A program made the position numbers and the translations under genes. Shown here piece by piece: positions 1-10,300 of a stretch of 64,000 nucleotides of DNA (position 1 is its first letter; every line of letters begins with the position of its first letter). This DNA comes from Octopus sinensis (Eukaryota). The stretch covers positions 83,948,001-84,012,000 of the forward strand of contig NC_043001.1 in assembly GCF_006345805.1 (NCBI RefSeq), given 5' to 3'. The notes beneath the pieces were generated by a model. That model saw nothing but the letters and a program-made list of their open reading frames with translations. It was not told the origin of the DNA and made no database searches.

Positions 1-693
1 TTATAAGAACTGTGATGAAAAAGAATTGTGTATACATTTTAAAAATCTTCTGATCGGAAAACACTTTATAGACTTTCGTGATCTCTTTTCTTTTACTAGT
101 AAATATCAATACTAGCAAGATTCGTCAGTTTCATTCTCAGCTGGAAGTTCTGAAGGTGAACAATAGAGGAAAACCAGATGACATGAAAGTACCAGAAGGA
201 AGTTGTTCTGCAAAGGAAAATGTAATCAAAATATTGGGTTGTCCGGAAAGTTCGTGCCAATTTTTAAAGGAATGTAAAAGATCAATAAAAACTTGCCATT
301 ACATTTTTAATCAACCAAATATGTACTATTTTGTTGCTAGATGCGTCTCCATCTTTGCTTTAACTAGAAAATACCCTCTTCTCAGAATTGAGGTGGTTTC
401 ATGGCAAATAATTCATCAAGGTAGCTTTTTACGTCATCCAAGGAATTGAAATGTTTACCATTAAGACTATTCTGCAGAGACCTGAATAAGTGGAAATCCG
501 AAGGAGCAATATCTGGTGAATATGGAGGGTGGGGTAACACATCTCAGCCGAGCTGCAGCAATTTTTGTCTGGTTTCCCAAAGCATCAAGTGCCGAAAATG
601 AACTTTATTATCTTCCATTTCAAACGGTTACAGAATTAACACAGGAACTTAAACCTGCTTCCACGAAAAGATAGCTTAAACTGTGGTCTAAAT

Positions 694-2355
694 TTTTCAA
701 CTATTTTCAAACAAGATGATGGTCGTGAACCTCCTCCATTTGATAGATCGGTACCTCCAATGCTTCGATTAGTCATCACACGGGACGAAGTCAAACGTGT
801 TATTCAAGGCCTCGATGTCAACAAGGGTCACGGCCCTGACGGCATACACCCACGGGTTATCAAAGCGTTGGCTCCGGTCATCTGCGAGCCCTTAACACGA
901 CTATTCAATATGTCATTGGCGACGGGTGTTATACCTGCAGACTGGAAAACAGCGATAATCTGCCCAAGTTTCAAGAAAGGGAGCCGCGAAGACCCGCTTA
1001 ACTACCGACCGGTTTCCCTTACATCAATAATCAGCAAGATGTTCGAAACCATCCTTAAGAAAAGTATGATGCTCCACCTCCTAAACACAGCCTCTATCTC
1101 TGATTCCCAACACGGCTTCGTGCCGAAGAGATCATGCTTGACCAACTTACTAGTAATGGAAGAATTGGTGACGCGCATCCTCGATGATAGTGATGCTGTT
1201 GACATCGTTTTATTGGACTTTGCCAAAGCTTTTGACTCGGTAAACCACCGCCTATTACTTGTCAAGCTTCAAGCATATAGTTTCCATCCGGATATTATAC
1301 GATGGGTTGGTGCCTTCCTCTCAGATCGCTCCTTCCAAGTCCAAGTTAATGGTTCGCGGTCCGACGTCTCCAGTGCGAGCAGTGGCGTGCCTCAAGGTTC
1401 AGTGCTTGGGCCCTTGTTGTTCTTAGTCTTCATAAATGACTTGCTCGACGACCTCACGCAACACACCCTTCTATTTGCCGACGATATCAAACTGGTCGCT
1501 CCTCGCGGTAATATAGAGGATCTTCGTCGATGCCTCCACCAAATTTGGAAGTGGTCTAACGATTGGGACCTGTGTCTGAACGTGTCAAAGTGCTGTCATC
1601 TGCCTGTCGGCTCTACTCCTGCAACTCAACTTGATTTCGAGCCGGGTCGTCTGCTGCTGGAGAGGACCGATCAGGTAAAGGACCTGGGTATCTTGGTGGA
1701 TTCCTCCTTTTCGCCTTCGGCCCAGTGCGTCCATGCTGCCAACAAAGCACGCGGAATTCTGTTCTTGATTCGACGGTCATTCGGAATGCTCACAGCAGCC
1801 ATATTCCTACCACTCTATGTCACGCTGGTGAGACCCATATTGGAGTATGGGATTCAGGCCTCTTCTCCTTATCTCCTCAAAGACATACAGCATCTCGAAA
1901 GAGTCCAGAGGCTGGCTACCCGCATGGTTCATGGTCTCAAAAATTTGTCCTACGAAGAAAGGCTGAGGACGCTCGACCTTTATTCTCTTGAAAAACGCCG
2001 CCGCCGTGGTGATCTCATTCTCGCCCACAACATTATAAGCGGAAAGTGTAACCTCTCGAAAGAGCTGTTCTTCACTCCTGCTCCAGAGCGTCGGCTGCGG
2101 GGTCATTCCGAAAAGCTCTACCTGCGACGATTTCATCTCAATCGAAGGAGAGGAGCTTTCTCCGTCCGGGTTGCGGATCCGTGGAACAAGCTGCCGGACG
2201 AGATGGTGAAGATGCCGACGACCGCTTTGTTCAAAGCCTCCCTGGACCTCAAGTGGCCTGAACTCTTTACATGAACACCACCCTGTACTTAACTCCATGT
2301 CCCCCTACATGGCCTTGCTATTTGCTTTTGAGCCAAATTAACTAACTAACTAAAT
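694..2355 (+). mobile_element. 5'-truncated CR1/L2-group LINE with short 3' UTR and (TAAC)n tail
   Basis: RT ORF, 3' UTR 2275-2338, tail TAACTAACTAACTAA at 2339-2353. CTAAAT at 688-693 and 2350-2355 is a candidate TSD or microhomology. The mariner sequence resumes on both sides. Confidence 0.9.
760..2274 (+). CDS. LINE ORF2 reverse transcriptase plus C-terminal domain (endonuclease lost by truncation)
   Basis: Stop-free 504 aa with non-LTR RT motifs YRPVSLTS, QHGF, LDFAKAFDSV, GVPQGSVLGPLLF, FADD and DLGI, and a CR1-type tail LERVQRLATRM...SYEERL..LDLYSLEKRRRRGDLI. Confidence 0.93.
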   Translation: MLRLVITRDEVKRVIQGLDVNKGHGPDGIHPRVIKALAPVICEPLTRLFNMSLATGVIPADWKTAIICPSFKKGSREDPLNYRPVSLTSIISKMFETILKKSMMLHLLNTASISDSQHGFVPKRSCLTNLLVMEELVTRILDDSDAVDIVLLDFAKAFDSVNHRLLLVKLQAYSFHPDIIRWVGAFLSDRSFQVQVNGSRSDVSSASSGVPQGSVLGPLLFLVFINDLLDDLTQHTLLFADDIKLVAPRGNIEDLRRCLHQIWKWSNDWDLCLNVSKCCHLPVGSTPATQLDFEPGRLLLERTDQVKDLGILVDSSFSPSAQCVHAANKARGILFLIRRSFGMLTAAIFLPLYVTLVRPILEYGIQASSPYLLKDIQHLERVQRLATRMVHGLKNLSYEERLRTLDLYSLEKRRRRGDLILAHNIISGKCNLSKELFFTPAPERRLRGHSEKLYLRRFHLNRRRGAFSVRVADPWNKLPDEMVKMPTTALFKASLDLKWPELFT

Positions 2356-3165
2356 GGAAGAGTAATCAAATCCTATTTTATGGACTCCACCATGTTCTAA
2401 AATAAGTCGAAAGATAAGCTACTATAAATCGGCACGAACTTTCCGGACAACCCAATACTTCAGAGACAAATCTGAATGAAAATAAATCATTGTTAAAAAC
2501 GCTGGCAGCACAGTAAAAATGACAAATGTTTCATTATTTACTATTTCTGAATTTAACTTCTGTGTGAATTGCTTGGGGAAACATAGACTGTAACAAGTAG
2601 ATTTGCAATAAATATTCTATATAAAAATGTTCAGCAGATATGTTGGATATGTGAAACACTAGCAATAAGAGGGAAAATAGAAGAATGACAGCGAAGAGCA
2701 CGGTATGCGGTTTCGGTGGGTTTACGTAAAAAGTCGTCGTAAATTGATCGAACTCAGCCTGCTTTATGACGATTATTCTTGATTGAAAACCTACTTTATC
2801 TCTGATCCACCTGAGGCTGCTAAGCGAATGACTAAAGCATTCATCTCTGCATATCCTTTTATATTTTCACGTACAACTAAATTCCATAAAAATCAAAACA
2901 CCCCAGTAATTGGTGTACAACTGTGTAGAAGTGCATCTTATAATATCCCGAAATCACCATCCACTGGAAAGTGTTTATCCAACATTACATCGTCTGTAAC
3001 ATTAAAAAGGTAAAAGAGACATAATGTGCAGATTGCAAGTTTCCGTGCCTCCCAGATTTCAACAGAACATTATAAACACCATTATATTTGCTGTTTATTT
3101 TAACTTTTAAATCTTTGCTTCTTGCACACAAATATGCTTCAAATCATTTGTGACTTCGGATTTAC

Positions 3166-3394
3166 TCTCTTTTACTTGTTTCAGTCGTTTGACTGTGGCC
3201 ATGCTGGAGCACCGCCTTTAGTCGAGTAAATCGCCCCCAGGACTTATTCTTTGTAAGCCTAGTACTTATTCTATCGGTCTCTTTTTCCGAACCGCTAAGT
3301 TACGGGGACGTAAAAACACCAGCATCGGTTGTCAAGCAATGCTAGGGGGACAAACACAGACACACAAACACACACACATACATATACATATACT

Positions 3395-3440
<46 letters not shown>

Positions 3441-3671
3441 CATAATACATACATACATATATATATATATACATACATAATACATACATATATATATATA
3501 ATATATATATATATATGCATACATAATACATACATACATATATATATATATATACATACATAATACATACATATATATATTATATATACATACATAATAC
3601 ATACATATATATATTATATATATATACATACATAATACATACATATATATATATATATATATACATACATA

Positions 3672-3704
<33 letters not shown>

Positions 3705-3712
3705 CATACATA

Positions 3713-3743
<31 letters not shown>

Positions 3744-4220
3744 CATACATAATACATACATATATATATATATATAATACATACATATATATATATATAT
3801 ATACATACATAATACATACACATATATATATATACATACATAATACATACATATATATATACATACATAATACATACATATATATACATATATATATACA
3901 TAATACATACATATATATATATACATATATATATACATAATACATACATATATATATATACATATATATATACATAATACATACATATATATATACATAA
4001 TACATACATATATATATATACATATATATATACACAATACATACATATATATATATACATATATACGACAGGCTTCTTTCAGTTTTCGTCTACCAAATCC
4101 ACTCACAAGGCTTTGGTCGGCCCGAGGCTATAGTAGAAGACACTTGCGCAAGGTGCCACGCAGTGAGACTGAACCTGGAACCATGTGGTTCGTAAGCAAG
4201 CTACTTACCACACTGCCACC
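3166..4220 (-). mobile_element. tRNA-type SINE (family B) with its internal (TA)n/(TACA)n expanded to about 690 bp
   Basis: Matches copies at 7160, 30909, 46356, 59132 and 61950; microsatellite at about 3380-4066. Confidence 0.85.
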
Positions 4221-4807
4221 AAAAACTTCTATACATACAATCTCACAAGGGTTTCTGAGAAAGCTTCTTTCACCAAACTCTTACGCAGCAGAAGTATGTA
4301 AAAGTGCCATAACACGTTTGGTGCCTTGTTCAGTGTGCTATAGACTGGAAAAGTTTTTAAATCATTGCTCTAGAATAAGCCACAAGTATAGCAATCTTAA
4401 TGAAATTGCCAATTACTCACATTCAAATATCTCAAGTAATGGAAGACCATGTAAACCATCACATCATTCACAGAGAAAAATATATCAGATATTTGCTCCC
4501 CTATGTGATCCGCTATTGGTCTATCGCATTCAAGAATCCCGTTGAAAGCAATATTGTTAAACTTGCCTTTAGGAAAGCTTTTGAATTGCCTGGCATCAAA
4601 GCCTTCTGGTCATTTTGTGTGTGTTTGGGGTTCATTCCTCTCTAGCATCTTCGTTATGAAGATCATTGGATGATATGCTAAGTATAACAATTCATTCTGT
4701 TCTTATACAACCTACTACTTCCTCCACAATCCAACCCATAATAAACCACATTTCTACACAAATGGTGCCACTGTTTATTCGCCTTTATGTCGATATATAA
4801 ATATTCT

Positions 4808-5110
4808 GTGGAGGCGCAATGGCCCAGTGGTTAGGGCAGCGGGCTCGCAGTCGTAGGATCGCGGTTTCAATTCCCAGACCGGGCGTTGCGAGTGTTTATT
4901 GAGCGAAAACACCTAAAGCTCCACGAGGCTCCGGCGGATGGTGGTGGCGATCCCTGCTGTACTCTTTCGCCACAACTTTCTCTCACTCTTTCTTCTGTTG
5001 GCCTGCCCGCTTAGCCAGTGGGGTGGCGTCATTTGAAGGCTAAAACAATGCGAAGCACATTCTGTCCAGCGATGTGTAGCAACATCTGATAGCATGGTTG
5101 GTCACGTGAT
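4808..5110 (+). mobile_element. tRNA-derived SINE (family C head GGCGCAATGGCCCAGTGGTTAGGGCAGCGG)
   Basis: A-box/B-box-like head (TGGCCCAGTGG...GGTTTCAATTCCC) recurs at about 24495, 32908, 33708-34030 (-), 48577 and 55295. Confidence 0.8.
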
Positions 5111-5346
5111 CACGTGATAAATATTCTATTTGAATGTCCAACACATCAAGCTCACGATGTCTCGAAACGTTCCCAAAGGTCAGAAACTGTCTCTTTTTAT
5201 ATGAATAACTCATAAATGGTATAACCTTTAAACTTAAAATATCCACTGAAATACATTAAAAAATAATTAATTTTGGCGCCAAGTTTATTTGATTATTACA
5301 TATTTCAATATCACCAAGCATCATGAGATATAATTTAAACGGCTTA

Positions 5347-5682
5347 CAGGTAGGTAACTAATTTATGCTTGGTTTACTCTATATTTTTATACAAGTTATC
5401 GTCATGGCTTGGATGTGGCCCGGCTCCTTTGTGTTTCAACAGTTTTGGGCCAAAACGTTTACATAAGGTCGTGGGAGTTTCTTCTCTGAAGATCTATTAT
5501 TCAGCTCTCCCTAACATTTCTTACTAGACTGTCCCACTATAGATATCATGCAGTACACACTTTGCACTATCTAACCATCAAATGGTATGCAGTCCTTCTG
5601 TAGATTATTACATATCTCATGATGCTTGGTGATATTGAAATAATAGATATTTATTCGACTCTGTTATCAATTTATATTACGA
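5347..5682 (+). repeat. Near-identical duplicate of ITIH-like intron sequence (6311-6561 plus 6757-6827)
   Basis: Direct sequence identity including the donor CAG|GTAGGT; preceded by an inverted copy at 5301-5345. Confidence 0.9.
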
Positions 5683-5752
5683 CTAGCAGTATCGCCCGGC
5701 GTTGCTCGGGTTTGTAAGGGAAATAACTATATAAACATTTTTAGAGAGTTAC
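5683..5752 (-). mobile_element. Helitron 3'-end fragment
   Basis: Minus strand reads ...CCCGAGCAACGCCGGG(hairpin)CGATACTGCTAG|T, the same family as 54725-55121. Confidence 0.75.
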
Positions 5753-5860
5753 ACAGAGAGCAAAATGAAAGGAGTTACAAATATTTTTAAAATTCTAAAA
5801 TAATTTTAGTGATTTTTTTCAATGTTGTTTATATTTACTTAATTTTATTGTCGATTGTAG

Positions 5861-5971
5861 GGAAATTGATGGAAACGTGACTGTAGGAGAAGTAAAAGAA
5901 AAATCAGTTGCTAAAAATATTTACGATCATGCCGTTGAAACAGGGCAGAGTGCTGGATATATTGAAGTCAA
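5861..5971 (+). CDS. ITIH-like exon (VIT domain)
   Basis: TGTAG|...|GTAACG; EIDGNVTVGEVKEKSVAKNIYDHAVETGQSAGYIEV. Confidence 0.88.
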
Positions 5972-7321
5972 GTAACGTATTATTTTCCTCATATTTATTA
6001 ATCTTAGTATTCTAATTACTATATCTTCAAAATAATTTGCCTCTTTTTCTGTCATTTTCCAGACACCGCTTCACAAATGTCTTTGATATATCTGTTAACG
6101 TTGAACCCCAAAAGGATATAGTTTACAATTTAACATACCAAGAACTTCTGACACGACAAGACTATAAATATAGGCACGTTATTCATTTGTCAAATGGTGG
6201 AATTATTGATGACTTTTTAGTTGAGGTTTTCATTACGGAACCTCAAGACATTATTGATTTGTCTGTACCTGAAATTATAGGTGATATATTAATGAATATC
6301 ACGGATAACACAGGTAGGTAACTAATTTATGCTTGGTTTACTCTATATTTTTATACAAGTTATCGTCATGGCTTGGATGTGGCCCGGCTTCTTTGTGTTT
6401 CAACAGTTTTGGGCCAAAACGTTTACATAAGGTCGTGGGAGTTTCTTCTCTGAAGATCTATTATTCAGCTCTCCCTAACATTTCTTACTAGACTGTCCAA
6501 CTATAGATATCATGCAGTACACACTTTGCACTATCTAATCATCAAATGGTATGCAGTCCTTCGTTAAATACTGTACTGTCTTACAGTAATAAAATGCTGC
6601 TTACGATATAGTTAATGTGAAGATGCCCTGCGCTGACATAACGTTACTCGCCCAAGGTAAACATTAATTCTGCCGCTGTTCGCTTTACATTGTTACACAG
6701 TTAATATGACACTGTTCTGTAGTCGACATTAGATAGTCCATGAAGCCGTTTAAATTATATCTCATGATGCTTGGTGATATTGAAATAATAGATATTTATT
6801 CGACTCTGTTATCAATTTATATTACGATGTTTGTTTTTCAAACAGAGCTAGATTCTGCTTCAATTGAGTATACCAGCAGTAGAGAGGTTTACATCAAATA
6901 CAGCCCAAGTCGTAAACAGCAAGAAGAAATTTCAGACAAAGATGGCGTTGCAGGCTTACTCAGAGTGGAATATAACGTGGATCGTCAAAATAATTCAAAT
7001 TTGATATACGTAAGATAATTATTTTTATGATAATTTCTCATCATGCTATTGTTCAATCTTATGAATGTATCACCATCATTTCTTCAAAACAACATATTCT
7101 GGAAAAAACTATAACTTTATCAGTTACAATGAATCATAATTATATTATAGTTGTCTGTAGGCGTAGGAGTGGCTGTGTGGTAAGTAGCTTGCTTACCAAC
7201 CACATGGTTCCGGGTTCAGTCCCACTGCGTGGCACCTTGGGCCGGTGTCTTCTTCTATAGCCTCGGGCCGACCAAAGCCTTGTAAGTGGATTTGGTAGAC
7301 GGAAACTGAAAGAAGCCTGTC

Positions 7322-7377
<56 letters not shown>

Positions 7378-10300
7378 ATATATGTATGTATGTATATGCG
7401 TGTATATGTTTGTATGTCTGTGTTTGTCCCTCCAACATCGCTTGACAACCGATGATGGTATATTTACGTCCCCGTAATATAGCGGTTCGGCAAAAGAGAC
7501 CGAATAGAATAAGTCCTGGGGTCTATTTGCTCGACTAAAGGCGGTGCTCCAGAATGGCCACAGTCAAATGACTGAAACAAGTAAAAGAGAAGCGTTATTA
7601 ACTTCATGTACAACAAATTGTTTTTATTTATTCTTTCTTTACCTTTTCCCTTTCTGTCTCTTTCCCTCTCTACCTTTCACTCACTCACACTCTCTCTCAT
7701 ATTTGAGTGTGCTCATGTTTCCATATTTCTATGTTAGCACGCCGGGCGAAATGCATAGCCGTATTTCGTCTGCCGTTACGTTCTGAGTTCAAATTCCGCC
7801 GAGGTCGACTTTGCCTTTCATGCTTTCGGGGTCGATTAAATAAGTAGCAGTTACGCACTGGGGTCGATATAATCGACTTAATCCGTTTGTCTGTCCTTGT
7901 TTGTTCCTTCTGTGTTTAGCCCCTTGTGGGTAGTAAAGAAATAGAAATAGGTATTTCGATCGTCGCTACGTTCTGAGTTTAAATTCCGCCGAGGTCGACT
8001 TTGCCTTTCATCCTTTCGGGGTCGATAAATTAAGTACCAGCTGCGCACTGGGGTCGATCTGATCGACTGGTCCCTACTCCCCCAAAATTTTGCGCCTTGT
8101 GCTTAGAGTAGAAATGAATATTAGTTAAGGGTAAGCCAATTGGTATTCATACCATTCTTAAGGGCATTACATTTGCCTAAAATACCACGTGGTAGGTTCG
8201 AACCTGGGACCTTGTGATTACAAAAATTTTCTGAAACGTCCAGCCATACTTCAACTACTTTTTGAGGAAACAATCTGAAATCGTATGGAATATGATTAAC
8301 TTAGCGTCAGGCCAGTAACTAGGAGTTATTTGAAACCTGTTTCATCCAATACTGCGGTACATTGAACACAGAGGAAGCGAGAATTATCTGAAATTACTAC
8401 ACTAAACTGATACTGAGCTACGTTAAGTATTTATGTATTTCCGATAAATTGGGTTACTCTGTTACTCTATGTCTTGTCAGTAAATTTGGTAGACATAAAA
8501 TATATGGACGTCCACCGCATGCATGCATGCATGTATGCATGTATGTATGTATGTATGGAATGTAGATAACGAAAACTATGTCACATTTTAAACCTGAGAA
8601 AAGTTTTACATTGTTCTACTGTTCCGCAAACAGACTGTATTTGTAATGTGCGAGTCGGTTGATTTTGTTTTTTCTGAAAATCCAAGCTTATAGAGGCTTA
8701 CGGTTAGGCATTTACCAGACTGACCAGCAATTACCAGACTGACAGTTAGACATGTATGTATGTATGTATGTATGTACTTATACATATTGTGACCCCCTTC
8801 GGTCATGAATGACCATGGTATTGCACCTAGAAAGTTACCCTCCGAGGCACAAGTCTGGGCAAAGTTGTTTATGGAAGACCAGCAGTCGCCCACGCATACC
8901 AGCTTCCCCTCTCCACGCCACCGATGTTATCCAAGGGAAAGACAAAAGCCGATACAGCTTGGCACCTGTGACGTCGCAGCTCATTTATTAACGTGCAAGT
9001 GGCTGCGCACTCCACCGACACGTGTGCCCTTAACGTAGTTCTCGGGGAGATTCAGCATGACACAGAGTGTGACAAGGCTGGCCCTTTGAAATACAGGTAC
9101 AACAGAAACAGGAAGAAAGAGTGAGAGAAAGTTGTGGTGAAAGAGTACAGCAGGGTTCGCCACTACCCCCTGCGGAAGCCTCGTGGAGCTTTTAGGTGAT
9201 ATATGCGATATAGTTTCAGTCTTAACATTACCATCTATATTTGTAATAGACCATACTAAATATTAGATGGGAAACTTTTCTGTGAACTATTAAGTTAAAC
9301 CGTCATTAACGTTTTATTCCTCCACCTTCCGCTCTCAAATTTCCAGGCATCTGATGGCTACTTTGTGCATTTCTTCACTCCCGATTCCTTACCAAGTCTT
9401 CCAAAGCACATTATATTTATGCTTGATGTCAGCGGATCAATGTATTGTTGTAAAATTGGACCCCTGAAAGAAGCTATGGAAAATATCCTTGATCAACTCA
9501 ATCCAGAGCTTGATGCATTTCTCATTGGAAAATTCAGTAGTGATGTTTCATGGATGATGGACAAATTTTTAATAGCGAACAATACTAACAAAGAATTAGG
9601 CAAAAATTACATTAAGGCACTCCAAGCCGATGGATGTAAGTTAAAAATTTATTTCTTATATTTATGTACACAAGTCTCAAACTGTTTCTCCATGTTATAT
9701 TTCATTACAATTTATTATAACATTTATTATTATAAAGTTTAATGCAGCGAGCTGGCAGAATCGTTAGCACGCCGGGCGAAATGCTTAGCGGTATTTCGTC
9801 TGCCGTTACGTTGTGAGTTCAAATTCCGCCTAGGTCGACTTTGCCTTTCATCCTTTCGGGGTCGATAAATTAAGTACCAGTTACGCACTGGGGTCGATGT
9901 AATCGACTTAATACCTATGTCTGACCTTGTTTGTCCCTTCTATGTTTAGCCCCTTGTGGGTAATAAAGAAATAGGTATTTCGTCTGTCTTTACGTTCTGA
10001 GTTCAATTTGCGCTGAGGTCGACTTTACCTTTCATCCTTTCGGGGTCGATTAAATGAGTACCAGTTACGCACTGGGGCCGATATAATCGACTTAATCCGT
10101 TTGTCTGTCCTTGTTTGTCCTCTCCGTGTGTAGCCCCTTGTGGGTTGTAAAGAAATAGGTATTTCGTCTGTCTTTACGTTCTGAGTTCAAATTGCGCTGA
10201 GGTCGACTTTGCCTTTCATCCTTTCGGGGTCGATTAATTAAATACTAGTTGCGCACTGGGATCGATCTAATCGTCTGGCTCCTCCCCACAAATTTTAGGC

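Larger units (their letters stand above)
234..2455 (-). mobile_element. Internally deleted Tc1/mariner transposon interrupted by a LINE
   Basis: TIRs TTGGGTTGTCCGGAAAGTTCGTGCC (from 234) and GGCACGAACTTTCCGGACAACCCAA (to 2455), each flanked by TA. The minus strand near 620 reads a decayed mariner N-terminus (...KVHFRHLMLWE) and near 300-440 a C-terminus (...EEGIF..L..RWRRI..QN..Y). Confidence 0.85.

Noticed and set aside
1002-2298. Antisense and alternate-frame ORFs over the LINE (1002-1265, 1725-1991, 1807-2298)
   Set aside because: These are expected shadow ORFs of GC-rich coding sequence.
2700-3013. Protein-like text on the minus strand (KHFPVDGDFG...LVVRENIKGY) and ORF 2783-3013
   Set aside because: Interrupted by stops with no recognisable family; it is not the missing ITIH 5' exon.
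3295-4106. Many long YI/IY/HT-rich ORFs (also near 18.1k, 27.8k, 54.3k and 60.6-61.7k)
   Set aside because: They are translations of (TA)n/(CA)n/(TACA)n microsatellites that happen to lack stops; there is no coding signal.
4808-4885. tRNA-like sequences at SINE heads
   Set aside because: A/B boxes are present but the acceptor stems are incomplete and the sequence continues into SINE bodies; these are not tRNA genes.
9790-10300. Regularly spaced repeats suggestive of a CRISPR-like array
   Set aside because: The units are whole ~180-bp SINE bodies with no unique spacers, in a eukaryotic context.
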